Shown here one piece after another: positions 8,215 to 18,073 of a stretch of 64,000 nucleotides of DNA. The notes beneath the pieces are model-generated. The model was not told the DNA's origin and did not search any database. It saw nothing but the letters and a program-made list of their open reading frames with translations. The stretch is from the NCBI GenBank assembly GCA_964422735.1, contig CAYRCD010000002.1, positions 11,817 to 75,816 of the forward strand, given 5' to 3'. The position numbers were made by a program, and so were the translations under genes. Source of the DNA: an uncultured Dehalococcoidia bacterium. GTDB lineage: Bacteria > Chloroflexota > Dehalococcoidia > DSTF01 > WHTK01. Each line of letters opens with the position of its first letter. Positions within the stretch are counted from its first letter, which is position 1.

Positions 8215-9453
8215 ATGACCGAGACGGCCCTCGAGGGCCTCCGCGTCATCGAGCTGGCCGATTCCTTGGGCGAGTGGTGCGGGAAGCTCCTCGCCGACAT
8301 GGGCGCCGACGTGATCAAGGTCGAGCCGCCCGGAGGCGGCCCCAGCCGCTCCATCGGCCCCTTCTTTAACGACGAGCCCCACCCGGACCGCAGCCTCTTC
8401 TTCTGGCACTACAACACGAGCAAGCGGGGCATCACGCTGGACACCGAGAAGGAGGACGGCAGGGCAATCCTGCGACGCCTGATCGACGGCGCGGACGTCT
8501 TTCTCGAGACGCTTCCGCCCGGCCGGTCAGCGTTCCTCGGCATCGACTACGAAAGCCTGCGGGCAACAAATCCGGGCCTCGTCCACGTCGCGCTGACGCC
8601 GTTCGGCCAGAGGGGTCCCTACGTCGACGGTGAATACGTCACGACCGACCTCGTGACCATGGCCCTGGGCGGTCCCCTGCAGTCCTGCGGCTACGATCCC
8701 GATGAGGGCGACCTGCCGCCGGTCAGGCCGGGGCAGAACCACAGCTATCACACGGGGTCCCACTACGCCTGCATGGCCACGCTCGTCGCCCTGTGGGAAC
8801 GGGGCGAGAGCGGGCGGGGCCAGTTCATCGACGTCTCCGCTCAGGCCTCGCTCGCCGTGACCGTTGAGTTCGCTAACCCAATGTGGGAGTACAGCCGGGC
8901 CATCCTCCGCCGTCAGACCGGCCGTCATGCCGGCGCTCAGCCCACTTCACGCAGCAGTTTCCTCTGCGCCGACGGGAAGTACGTCAACCTTAGCCTTCCC
9001 CGCGACGATGCGACCTGGGAGAAGCTTCTTGCCTATCTGCGTGAGAAGGGTTTGGCCGCGGAGCTGGAGGGCGACCTCTTCCGCGATCCCCAGAGCCGGT
9101 TCCAGATGGCCGGGGCGATCTATGGCGCCCTCGAGGTGGTGACCGCCAATATTTCCTCCGAAGAGCTTTTCCATCTCGGCCAGAGCCTTGGCCTCACCTG
9201 GGGCGCCGTGCGCCGGCCGGAGGACTGGCTGAACGACCCGCATGCCAAAGCCCGCGGTTTCTTCGTCGAGGTAGAGCACCCCGAGCTCGGCCGGACGATA
9301 ACCTATCCGGGCGCGCCCTACCGTTTCCTGGGCTCCCCCTGGCGCATCCGGCGCCGCGCACCCATCCTCGGCGAGGACAACATCGCCGTGTACGGAGAGC
9401 TGGGGTTTTCGAAGGAACAGCTCACGGCCCTGTCCGAGGCGAGGGTGCTCTAG
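8215..9453 (+). CDS. CaiB/BaiF family-III CoA-transferase (paralog)
   Basis: 412 aa: LRVIELADSLGEWCGKLLADMGADVIKVEPP. Second family-III CoA-transferase directly downstream of the first. Confidence 0.85.
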   Translation: MTETALEGLRVIELADSLGEWCGKLLADMGADVIKVEPPGGGPSRSIGPFFNDEPHPDRSLFFWHYNTSKRGITLDTEKEDGRAILRRLIDGADVFLETLPPGRSAFLGIDYESLRATNPGLVHVALTPFGQRGPYVDGEYVTTDLVTMALGGPLQSCGYDPDEGDLPPVRPGQNHSYHTGSHYACMATLVALWERGESGRGQFIDVSAQASLAVTVEFANPMWEYSRAILRRQTGRHAGAQPTSRSSFLCADGKYVNLSLPRDDATWEKLLAYLREKGLAAELEGDLFRDPQSRFQMAGAIYGALEVVTANISSEELFHLGQSLGLTWGAVRRPEDWLNDPHAKARGFFVEVEHPELGRTITYPGAPYRFLGSPWRIRRRAPILGEDNIAVYGELGFSKEQLTALSEARVL

Positions 9454-9688
9454 TGAGCCGTTCACTCTGTGCGTCGCACTCGCGGCAGTACGCAAGCATC
9501 CGCTGCGCGTAGTGCGTTAAAGCGCTTGCCTTATCCTCGGCGACGAAGTAGAGTCTCCAACGGAAAGGGAGTATTGCGCAGAATCGCCTAGCTCTTAGCG
9601 GCAAATCCGTCCCGCCCTGCGGGGCGTATTTATGGTGGAGTGAATCAGTCACACGCAATCGCACGCAACGGGAGGGAACATTAACCTG

Positions 9689-11503
9689 ATGAGTGAAAAC
9701 AGCTACTGGGACCGGCTAGTTCAGTCGAGGCTCAGCCGAAGGCGCGCCCTGGTCGGCGCCGCCGCCATCGGCAGCGGGGCCGCCGCCCTCAGCCTCGTTG
9801 GCTGTGGCGGAGGCAGCAAGGGTGGTGGCGGCAACCAGGCCGCCGTCCAGCAGTCTGACGTGGCCAGGGACGACACGTCCGCTCAGGCCAAAGCGGGCGG
9901 CATCTACCGCACGATTCAGACCGCGGACCCGACGAACTTCGACCCCAACCTCAGCACGAGCTTTACGGCCCAGGGAGTGGCCGCTCACGTCTACAGCCGC
10001 CTCCTCAAGTTCGACACGGGCCCGGGTATCGTCCAGCTCAGCAAGGTTACCGGCGACGCCGCGGAGTCCTTCCAGGCTAGTGACGGCGGCCAGACCTGGA
10101 CCTTCAAGCTGCGCCCAAACATGAAGTTCCAGTCCAAGGGGCCGGCCTCGATCAACGGCCGGGCGCTCGACTCGGAAGACGTCGCTGCGAGCTATCAGTA
10201 CTTCGTCACCAAAAACGCGAGCCGGGCGACGCTAACGTCCAAGATCGACAAGATCGAGACGCCGGACAAGAGCACCGTCGTCTTGAAGCTGACGCAGCCG
10301 TACGCGCCGCTGCAGGAGCTGATGGCATCGTCGGCGCTGCTCTGGATCATGCCCAAGCAGGCGACGGTCGGCGAGGTCGACAGCCAGAAGGTCGAGGGGG
10401 CCATCGGCACCGGTCCCTGGATACTGGACAAGGCCCAGCCCTCGATCGCCATCGACTTCAAGAAGAATCCGAGCTGGTATCAAAAGGCCAAGATATCGAC
10501 GGGCGAAGTCTCGCTGCCAATTTTGGACGGCCTTACATACTTGAACATTCCCGACTACGCCCAGCAGCAGGCCCAGTTCTTGGCTGGGAATACTCATGTG
10601 TTCGCAGTCCGTAACACCGACCTGATTGACTTTGTGAAGCAGAAGGCGGACGCTCTGAAGCTGCGCGCCAACCCGGGCTGGCTGCTGAGCTTCTTCTATT
10701 TCAACCTCGACAACGCGAGCAACCCGTTCCGGGACGAGCGCCTGCGCCGCGCTCTGTCCATGTCCATAGACCGCGACGGGCTGATCGAGAACTTCGGCGA
10801 AATCGCCAAGCTGAAAGCGGCGGGGTTCGACGTGAGCACCGGCTGGAGCAGCAGCCCGATCCCCTGGGGCGACGGCGGCACCTTCTGGTGGCTCGACCCC
10901 AAGGGCAAGGACATGGGCGCTCCCGCCCAGTGGTATAAGTACGACCTCACCCAGGCCAAGCAGCTCCTCTCCGCGGCCGGCTACAAGGGCGAGCCCTTCG
11001 ACCTCAACACGACCAACACGATCTACGGCACGACCTTCGACCAGCAGACCGAGGCCATGCTGCCGATGATGACCGCGGCGGGCTTCAAGCAGAACCTCAA
11101 GAGCGAGGACTACACCAGCAAATACTTCCCCGAGGTCTTCACCAAGTTCAACTACCAGCACGCCGCCTACGGCTACCAGACGCCGGTCGCCACCGTCGAC
11201 GAGTACGTCGACCGCATGCTCTCCCCGGCCGGGGACAAGAACCAGAGCCGCGTGAAGGACGACAACCTCACGGCCCTGGTCAGGAAGCAGCAGATCGAGC
11301 TCGACGTCAACAAGCGCCAGGCGATCATCTACGACATCCAGCGCGCCTGCTCCGACAAGATGTACTACGTGCCGACGGTCGTCGGGCGCTGGGGCACTTT
11401 CACCATGTACCAGCCGTTCATCCGCAACTTCGGCGCCTTCCTCACCGCCGCCTATGGCGCGCCCGTGGAGACGCTCACTCACTACTGGCTGGACAAGGCT
11501 TAG
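9689..11503 (+). CDS. ABC transporter substrate-binding lipoprotein, peptide/nickel family 5 (cassette 1)
   Basis: 604 aa. Tat-like SRRRALVGAAAIG followed by lipobox LVGCGG. SBP_bac_5 architecture. GGGAGGGA RBS. Confidence 0.85.
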   Translation: MSENSYWDRLVQSRLSRRRALVGAAAIGSGAAALSLVGCGGGSKGGGGNQAAVQQSDVARDDTSAQAKAGGIYRTIQTADPTNFDPNLSTSFTAQGVAAHVYSRLLKFDTGPGIVQLSKVTGDAAESFQASDGGQTWTFKLRPNMKFQSKGPASINGRALDSEDVAASYQYFVTKNASRATLTSKIDKIETPDKSTVVLKLTQPYAPLQELMASSALLWIMPKQATVGEVDSQKVEGAIGTGPWILDKAQPSIAIDFKKNPSWYQKAKISTGEVSLPILDGLTYLNIPDYAQQQAQFLAGNTHVFAVRNTDLIDFVKQKADALKLRANPGWLLSFFYFNLDNASNPFRDERLRRALSMSIDRDGLIENFGEIAKLKAAGFDVSTGWSSSPIPWGDGGTFWWLDPKGKDMGAPAQWYKYDLTQAKQLLSAAGYKGEPFDLNTTNTIYGTTFDQQTEAMLPMMTAAGFKQNLKSEDYTSKYFPEVFTKFNYQHAAYGYQTPVATVDEYVDRMLSPAGDKNQSRVKDDNLTALVRKQQIELDVNKRQAIIYDIQRACSDKMYYVPTVVGRWGTFTMYQPFIRNFGAFLTAAYGAPVETLTHYWLDKA

Positions 11504-11522
11504 GCAAGACTCGCACGCTGGC

Positions 11523-11550
11523 GGTGCGCTATCGGCAACGATAGCGCACC
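11523..11550 (+). promoter_or_regulatory. perfect 12-bp stem / 4-nt loop hairpin between SBP1 and its permease (putative partial terminator or mRNA stabiliser)
   Basis: GGTGCGCTATCG-GCAA-CGATAGCGCACC lies 20 nt after the SBP1 stop. No U-tract follows, so this is an intra-operon attenuation or processing element rather than a full terminator. Confidence 0.5.
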
Positions 11551-11583
11551 GCTCAAGCGTTGAGGCGAGGAGGCGAACGCAGG

Positions 11584-12534
11584 GTGCAACAGTACATATC
11601 CCGGCGCCTGCTCCTGATGATTCCGACCTTGTTCGGGATCACGATCATCGTCTTCGGCATAACTCGCTTCACGCCCCAGGACGTCGTCGACCGCCTTGTC
11701 GGCGAACAAGGCTATCAGGATGTCGCGTTGAAGAAGCAGCTCCGCGACCAGTTCGGCCTTAGCGGCTCTGTGCCGAAGCAGTACGTGAAGTGGCTCGGTC
11801 AGATTTTCACCGGCAATTTCGGCAAATCGTTCTATTCGGGCAACTCGGTAACGGCCGAGCTGAAGAACCGGGTCCCGGTAAGCGTTGAGCTGGGAGGCCT
11901 GGCTTTAGCGTTCGGCATGACCGTCGGCCTGCCAATCGGAATAATATCCGCCGTCAAGCAGGACAAGTTTCTGGACTACTCGACCCGAGGCCTGGCTATC
12001 CTCATCCTCGCGGTCCCGAGCTTCTGGCTCGCGCTCCTGGTCCTGACCTTTGGCTCACGCGAGTTCGGCTGGGCGCCGCCATTTCGGTACACGCCGCCCT
12101 GGACCGATCTGGGCAACAACCTCTACATGATGCTCGCGCCCGCGCTGATCCTTGGCATCGGCCTCTCCGGGATCCAGATGCGCCTGATGCGGACACAGAT
12201 GCTCGAAGTCCTGCGCCAGGACTACATCCGCACCGCCCGGGCGAAGGGCCTCACCGAAATGGCGGTGCTCATGAGGCATGCGGCCAAGAACGCCCTCGTC
12301 CCCGTGCTCACGGTCATCGGGCTCCAGATTACGGTGCTGATTGCCGGCAGCGTGATCCTCGAGAACATCTTCCTCATCCCCGGGATCGGCAGGTACATCG
12401 TCGATGCCGCCCAGCGTCAGGATTACCCGATCCTCCAGGGCCTGACGCTGATCATCGCCGGCGTGATCGTCATGTCGAATCTCGTGGTGGACATCGCCTA
12501 CGCGTTCCTCGACCCGCGAGTGAAGTACAGTTAG
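11584..12534 (+). CDS. ABC transporter permease, DppB/OppB-like (cassette 1)
   Basis: ORF 11560..12534 (TTG start). GTG at 11584 with a GGAGG RBS gives the canonical MQQYISRRLLLMIPTLFG N-terminus. Binding-protein-dependent permease EAA region present. Confidence 0.85.
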   Translation: MQQYISRRLLLMIPTLFGITIIVFGITRFTPQDVVDRLVGEQGYQDVALKKQLRDQFGLSGSVPKQYVKWLGQIFTGNFGKSFYSGNSVTAELKNRVPVSVELGGLALAFGMTVGLPIGIISAVKQDKFLDYSTRGLAILILAVPSFWLALLVLTFGSREFGWAPPFRYTPPWTDLGNNLYMMLAPALILGIGLSGIQMRLMRTQMLEVLRQDYIRTARAKGLTEMAVLMRHAAKNALVPVLTVIGLQITVLIAGSVILENIFLIPGIGRYIVDAAQRQDYPILQGLTLIIAGVIVMSNLVVDIAYAFLDPRVKYS

Positions 12535-12548
12535 GGGCGACCAAGAGC

Positions 12549-13490
12549 ATGGCAACCCAGAATGTGGCAACCAAACTCGCCGATGTCCTGCCGGTAGGAG
12601 AGCTTCCTTTCCGCCGGCAGCGCGCCATCCCGCTGCGCATCGCCTCGAACCTCTCGAGCTTCGCCGTACAGAAGCCACTGGGGGCGTTCGGCGCCTTGAT
12701 CATATTCATGATGATCACCGCCGCCGTCCTGACCTTCGCCGGGCTGGCGGATAACATCACCGGCCACCGCTACGACGACCAGGTGCTCAGAGACAAGCTC
12801 CAGGGCCCGTCCGCGACCCACGTCCTCGGTACCGACAACCTTGGCCGCGACACCTTCAGCCGCATGTTCTACGGGTCGCGGGTCTCGATCACGATTGGCT
12901 TTGCCGCGGTCGCCATCTCGCAGGGCCTGGCAGCCACCATTGGTATCGTCAGCGGCTATTACGGCGGGAAGTTCGACTTCTTCTTTCAGCGCCTGGTTGA
13001 CACCTGGCAGGCCTTGCCGGGCCTCGTTGCCCTCATCTTCCTGATCTCCGTCTTCGGCGCCAACACCTACGTAATCGTGGTGACCATAGGCATACTAGGC
13101 GCGCCCGGCGCCTCCCGCGTCGTCCGCGGCACCGTCATCACCGTGCGCCAGAACCAGTACGTCGAGGCCGCGACCATGCTCGGCGCCTCCGACTTCCGCA
13201 TCCTCACCCGGCACATTCTGCCCAACATCGTCCACATCATCATCATTGGCGCCTCGGTTGGCATCGGCGGCGCGATTCTCACCGAATCAGCGCTCGCCTT
13301 CCTCGGCTTCGGCCTGCCGCCGCCGTTCCCGACCTGGGGGCGCATGCTCAACGCGTCGCGTGAGTACGTCACCCACCCCATGCTCGCCGTGTGGCCGGGG
13401 CTTGCCCTAACACTCACGGTCTTCGGCTTCAACATCCTCGGCGACGCCCTGCGCGACATCTGGGACCCACGCCTGCGCGGAAGCCGGTAA
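12549..13490 (+). CDS. ABC transporter permease, DppC/OppC-like (cassette 1)
   Basis: 313 aa: N-terminal extension then VLGTDNLGRDTFSRMFYGSR DppC signature. Confidence 0.85.
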   Translation: MATQNVATKLADVLPVGELPFRRQRAIPLRIASNLSSFAVQKPLGAFGALIIFMMITAAVLTFAGLADNITGHRYDDQVLRDKLQGPSATHVLGTDNLGRDTFSRMFYGSRVSITIGFAAVAISQGLAATIGIVSGYYGGKFDFFFQRLVDTWQALPGLVALIFLISVFGANTYVIVVTIGILGAPGASRVVRGTVITVRQNQYVEAATMLGASDFRILTRHILPNIVHIIIIGASVGIGGAILTESALAFLGFGLPPPFPTWGRMLNASREYVTHPMLAVWPGLALTLTVFGFNILGDALRDIWDPRLRGSR

Positions 13491-13807
13491 CCCCCGGTCC
13501 GCTCTGACGGCGCCAAACTAGCTCTGCACGCTGCCGGTCAAGGCCGCCGTTTCAGCCGGCAGAACGACGTTTCGCCAGCCGGAGGGAGCGCGCCTCCGCC
13601 TTCGAAGTGCGCACGATTTGAGACGCGTTACGCGCTTCTGAGGGGCTTGCCTTTGTCATGGCTTGCGCGTAAAGTCCGCCCAGTAAAGCATCGTGATCTT
13701 CAATCAGGAGAACCGTAAGACAAATCCACGGGACGCCGACGATGCGTAAAGATGCTGGGAGGGGTGCGCCCCTCGATAGGTCTCGAACTCGAAAGGAGCA
13801 AGGGAGC

Positions 13808-15709
13808 ATGAGTACAGGAACATATTGGGACAGGACGATCCAGTCGCGCCTCACCAGGCGCCGGGCACTGGCCGGCGCCGCCGTCATCGGGACAGGCGCC
13901 GCCGCCCTCAGCCTCGTCGGCTGCGGCGGCGGCAAAAAGGAGGAGGCCAAGGGCCCGTCCGGACCCAAGGACACCAGCGGCCTCCTCAGCTATCCCGAGG
14001 ACACGACCGCGAAGGCGAAGTCCGGCGGGACCTACAAGATCGCCCTGCAGACCGACCTCACGACCTTCGATCCCCTGACCACATCTTCATTCACCACCCA
14101 GTACTACATCGCCTATTACGCTTACCCGCGATTCCTCAAGTACAAGTCCGCGGCCTATCCGAACTCGCCCACCGCGGAGGTGGAAGGCGACCTGGCCGAG
14201 TCCTTCGAGATCAGCCCGGACAAGCTCCAGATCACGATGAAGCTGCGCCAGGGGGCCAAGTGGGACTCCCGGGCGCCGACGAGCAACCGCATAATCGACT
14301 CCGAGGACGTCAAGTTCTCGTTCGACAAGTTTGCCAGCGTCAGCCCCTTCCGCGGCGAGTTGGTCTACAACGCCACTACCAGCCCCAGCGCGCCGGTGGA
14401 GTCGATCAGCACGCCGGACGCTCGCACCGTCGTCGTCAAGCTCAAGAAGCCCGACGCGTCCAGTCTCCAGCTCCTGGCCGCGGGCAGCATCTTCTTCATC
14501 ATGCCCCGGGAATCGGAAAGCAAGTTCGACCCCAAGGGCGAGGTGCGCGGCTACGGCCCCTGGCAGCTGGACAAGTACGAGCGCGACACGCTCTTTACCT
14601 GGACGAAGAACCCTAACTGGTACGGCAAGGTCTACCCGGACAAGGTCGAAGTCCCGGTCATCAAGGAATACGCGCAGCAGTTGGCACAGTTCAAGGCCGG
14701 CAACATCTACGGCAGCACCTGGGTAGGCACCCCGAACCAGACCGACATGCTCCAGACCCAGAAGGACGTGCCGGCGACGAAGCTGTATCAGGGTGTCTCT
14801 TACACCCTCGACCCCCACAAGATCACCTTTGGCTGGCAGGAAGGCTCGCCCTTCCGCGACGAGCGCATGCGCAAGGCCGTGTCGATGATCACAGATCGCG
14901 AGCTGGTCACCGACTTCACCGCCAACCGGCCGAACTTCACCAAGATCGGACTCCCGGTCCCGACGAAGTATCACAACGCCGTTGCGGCCGGCTGGGAGGG
15001 CTACTGGCTCGACCCGACCAGTGAGAAGGACATGCCCGGCCTGACCCAGTACTTCAAGTACAACGTGGCCGAGGCCAAGAAGCTCATGGCGGCAGCCGGC
15101 TTCGCCAACGGCGTCGACACCGACGGCATCTACATGAGCGAGAGCTTCTACGGCGCCCAGTACACGAAGAACGCCGAGCTGTACCTCAACATGTTCAACG
15201 AGGGCGGCGTCCGGGCGAAGGCCCAGGGGAAGCTGTACACCACCGAATACCTCACCCCGAACTACTACTACGCTTACAGCCCCACCGGCCGTGACAAGAC
15301 CTTCAAGGGCCTGGTTATTCTGTTGGACCGCACCTACCCGACGGTCCCATCGCAGCTGTTCGCCACCGACCACTCGGACGGGCCCCGTTTCCACGGCATG
15401 ACAACGAATGGGCTCAACCCGGAGAAGGGCGACCCCCAGATTAACTCCCTGATCGAAAAGATGCAGGGGGAGTTCGACCTGAAGAAGCAGCAGGCGATTG
15501 CCCAGGAATACCAGCGCTACCTCGTCAGCAAGATGTACTACGTGCCCGGCGGACCCTACCCGACCGCGACCCTGAGCTTCTCACTCTCCTGGCCCGCCGT
15601 CGCCAACTACGCGACGCTCTCGTCAATCGGCGCAACGGGCGTCTGGTGGGTGGAAGCGATCCACAACTACTGGATCGACGACACTAAGGCCCCGCTCGGA
15701 AAGTCATAA
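13808..15709 (+). CDS. ABC transporter substrate-binding lipoprotein, family 5 (cassette 2)
   Basis: ORF 13742..15709 trimmed to ATG 13808 (AAAGGAGCAAGGGAGC RBS). N-terminus MSTGTYWDRTIQSRLTRRRALAGAAVIGTGAAALSLVGCGGG is nearly identical to that of SBP1. Confidence 0.85.
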   Translation: MSTGTYWDRTIQSRLTRRRALAGAAVIGTGAAALSLVGCGGGKKEEAKGPSGPKDTSGLLSYPEDTTAKAKSGGTYKIALQTDLTTFDPLTTSSFTTQYYIAYYAYPRFLKYKSAAYPNSPTAEVEGDLAESFEISPDKLQITMKLRQGAKWDSRAPTSNRIIDSEDVKFSFDKFASVSPFRGELVYNATTSPSAPVESISTPDARTVVVKLKKPDASSLQLLAAGSIFFIMPRESESKFDPKGEVRGYGPWQLDKYERDTLFTWTKNPNWYGKVYPDKVEVPVIKEYAQQLAQFKAGNIYGSTWVGTPNQTDMLQTQKDVPATKLYQGVSYTLDPHKITFGWQEGSPFRDERMRKAVSMITDRELVTDFTANRPNFTKIGLPVPTKYHNAVAAGWEGYWLDPTSEKDMPGLTQYFKYNVAEAKKLMAAAGFANGVDTDGIYMSESFYGAQYTKNAELYLNMFNEGGVRAKAQGKLYTTEYLTPNYYYAYSPTGRDKTFKGLVILLDRTYPTVPSQLFATDHSDGPRFHGMTTNGLNPEKGDPQINSLIEKMQGEFDLKKQQAIAQEYQRYLVSKMYYVPGGPYPTATLSFSLSWPAVANYATLSSIGATGVWWVEAIHNYWIDDTKAPLGKS

Positions 15710-15723
15710 GGCCAGAAAGCGCT

Positions 15724-15767
15724 GCGGAGCGCGCTCCCACTTATACGATTTGGGGAGCGCGCTCCGC
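15724..15767 (+). promoter_or_regulatory. 16-bp-stem hairpin between SBP2 and its permease
   Basis: GCGGAGCGCGCTCCCA-(12 nt)-TGGGGAGCGCGCTCCGC lies 15 nt after the SBP2 stop. Each arm contains the self-complementary GGAGCGCGCTCC. Confidence 0.5.
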
Positions 15768-15795
15768 AACGTTTGGCGCCGCACGAGGGTAACTA

Positions 15796-16749
15796 GTGCA
15801 AAGATATGTAGTCCAGCGCCTGATCCTCTCGATCCCGACGCTAATCGGTATCACCCTCCTCGTCTTCGTCGGGCTGCGCGCGTTCCTTCCCCAGGACGTC
15901 GTCGACATCATCCTCGGCGAGTACGGGAGGGCCGACCCTCAGCTGCGGGCGAACATCGAGAAGGAGCTGGGCCTGAGCGCCAGCATCCCCAGGCAGTACG
16001 TGAAGTGGATGGGCGACGTCGCCACGGGGGACCTGGGGAAGTCGCTCCATACCGGCCGGCCGGTGCTCGGCGAGCTGAAGGCGCGCATCCCGGTCAGCGT
16101 CGAGCTTGGCCTCTGGGGCCTGTTCATGGCCTTATTGATCGCCGTGCCCACGGGCATGTTCGCCGCGATCAAGCAGGACCGCTGGCCGGACTACGGCCTG
16201 CGCTCGGCGGCCATCCTCGTCGACTCGGTGCCGTCCTTCTGGGTAGCTGTTCTGATCATCACCTTCGGTTCGATCTGGTTCCACTGGGCGCCGCCTATCC
16301 ACTACAAGCAGCTGTGGGACGACCCGCTCCAGCACCTGAAGATCATGGCGACGCCGGCCCTGATCATTGGCTTCACGCCGGCGGGCGGCCTGATCCGCCT
16401 TGTCCGCACCCAGATGCTCGAAGTGCTGCGCCAGGACTATGTCCGCACGGCGCACGCCAAGGGCCTGAGCCCCGGCGCCGTGTTCTACAAGCACGCGCTG
16501 CGCAACAGCCTGCTCCCTGTCGTCACCGTCGTCGGCCTCGCTCTTCCCGGGCTCATCGCCGGCACCGTCATATTCGAGAACATCTTCATTCTTCCCGGCA
16601 TGGGCCGTTACTTGCTTGCGGGCGTGATCGTCCTCGACTACCCGGTTATCCAGGCCGTCAACCTCATCTTTGCGCTGATGCTGATCTTCGCCGTAATCCT
16701 GGTCGACCTTAGCTACGCTGTCCTCGACCCCAGGATCCGGTTCCAGTAG
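15796..16749 (+). CDS. ABC transporter permease, DppB-like (cassette 2)
   Basis: 317 aa: MQRYVVQRLILSIPTLIGITLLVF. Confidence 0.85.
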   Translation: MQRYVVQRLILSIPTLIGITLLVFVGLRAFLPQDVVDIILGEYGRADPQLRANIEKELGLSASIPRQYVKWMGDVATGDLGKSLHTGRPVLGELKARIPVSVELGLWGLFMALLIAVPTGMFAAIKQDRWPDYGLRSAAILVDSVPSFWVAVLIITFGSIWFHWAPPIHYKQLWDDPLQHLKIMATPALIIGFTPAGGLIRLVRTQMLEVLRQDYVRTAHAKGLSPGAVFYKHALRNSLLPVVTVVGLALPGLIAGTVIFENIFILPGMGRYLLAGVIVLDYPVIQAVNLIFALMLIFAVILVDLSYAVLDPRIRFQ

Positions 16750-16768
16750 GCAGGATGACAGGGCAATC

Positions 16769-17770
16769 ATGGCCGTAACTCAGCTCCCTTCCCTCGAGTT
16801 CGATCAGGGGCTGGAGTTTGTCTTTCGGCCGTTCCCGCTCCGCGTCTTAAGCGGCATCGGCAGCTTCGCCCGCCACAAACCCCTCGGCTTCGCCTGCGGA
16901 GTGGTCCTGCTGGGTCTCGCAATCATCGGGGACCTCGTTCCCTTCCCAATCAACAACGGCCTCAAGCTCGTGGGCATCGACTCGAACCCGGTCCCCTACG
17001 TCTCCGACCTGGTCGCACCGTTCTCGTACAGCGAGGGCGTTCAACACATTCGCCACGGACATCGCCTCCAGGCCAAGCTGTTCTCGGGGGGCCATGTGCT
17101 CGGGACGGATAACCAGGGCCGCGACACGCTCAGCCGCTTGATCTACGGGGCCAGGGTGACGATGGTGATTGGCTTCGGCGCCGTGTCGATCAGCGTCGTG
17201 CTCTCGGCCGGGATCGCGATCCTCAGCGGTTATTACATGGGCTGGGTGGACAAGATCGGCCAGCGGCTTGTCGACGTCTTTCAGTCGTTACCGGGCCTCG
17301 CCGTGCTAATTACGATCTTCGGCGTGTTCGGGCGAGGCTGGGTCGAGCTTGTCGTGGTTATTGGCTTCATCATCGGCGTGCCCGGCTCCAGGATCATCCG
17401 CAGTCAGGTGCTGTCGGTCATGGCGGCTCCTTACGTCGAGGCGGCGAAGACGCTGGGGGCGGGCGACTGGCGGATCATGACCCGTTACGTTTTCCCCAAC
17501 GTCCTGCCCCTGATAATCCTGGCCGCGACCTTCCGTCTCGGCCAGGTAGTCCTGCTCGAGGCCACCCTGAGCTTCCTCGGGTTCGGGGTTCCGCCGCCGT
17601 TCCCGTCCTGGGGCCAGATGCTGAGCCTCGACGGGCGCGAGTTCATGCGCACCGCGCCCGGCCTGGCCATCTTCCCCGGCCTGGCCATCGGCATGGCCGT
17701 GTTCTCTTTCAACCTCTTCGGCGATGCCCTGCGTGACGTCGTCGATCCGCGCCTGCGTGGTAGCCGTTAG
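16769..17770 (+). CDS. ABC transporter permease, DppC-like (cassette 2)
   Basis: 333 aa: VLGTDNQGRDTLSRLIYGAR. Confidence 0.85.
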   Translation: MAVTQLPSLEFDQGLEFVFRPFPLRVLSGIGSFARHKPLGFACGVVLLGLAIIGDLVPFPINNGLKLVGIDSNPVPYVSDLVAPFSYSEGVQHIRHGHRLQAKLFSGGHVLGTDNQGRDTLSRLIYGARVTMVIGFGAVSISVVLSAGIAILSGYYMGWVDKIGQRLVDVFQSLPGLAVLITIFGVFGRGWVELVVVIGFIIGVPGSRIIRSQVLSVMAAPYVEAAKTLGAGDWRIMTRYVFPNVLPLIILAATFRLGQVVLLEATLSFLGFGVPPPFPSWGQMLSLDGREFMRTAPGLAIFPGLAIGMAVFSFNLFGDALRDVVDPRLRGSR

Positions 17771-18073
17771 CCCCCGGATTCATCTAGCAGAGACTGAAGG
17801 ACCCAAGGCGGTTATTCACGCGCCTGAGCGGCAGTACGCGCATTGTTTTGGGGGTATTCCCCAGACGTTTCGATTCAGGGAGCCATCGCCGGCGCCGAGT
17901 ACCCCTTCGAGCCAAGCTCCGGAGCGGCCCAAAGAGCGGTCGCGGCTTCGGCCCGGGAGAGCCAGGCGTAGCCGGGAAGGAAAAACCGGCGGCGAAGGTC
18001 TCTCCCACCGCCGCGTGCTATTATCTGCCGTCACTTTCGTCCCCTTTAGCCGGCATCCAAAAGACCGTCAGGT

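Noticed and set aside
9422-9664. 80-aa minus-strand ORF in the CoA-transferase/SBP1 intergenic region
   Set aside because: No RBS, odd composition, and it overlaps the likely promoter/leader of the SBP1 operon.
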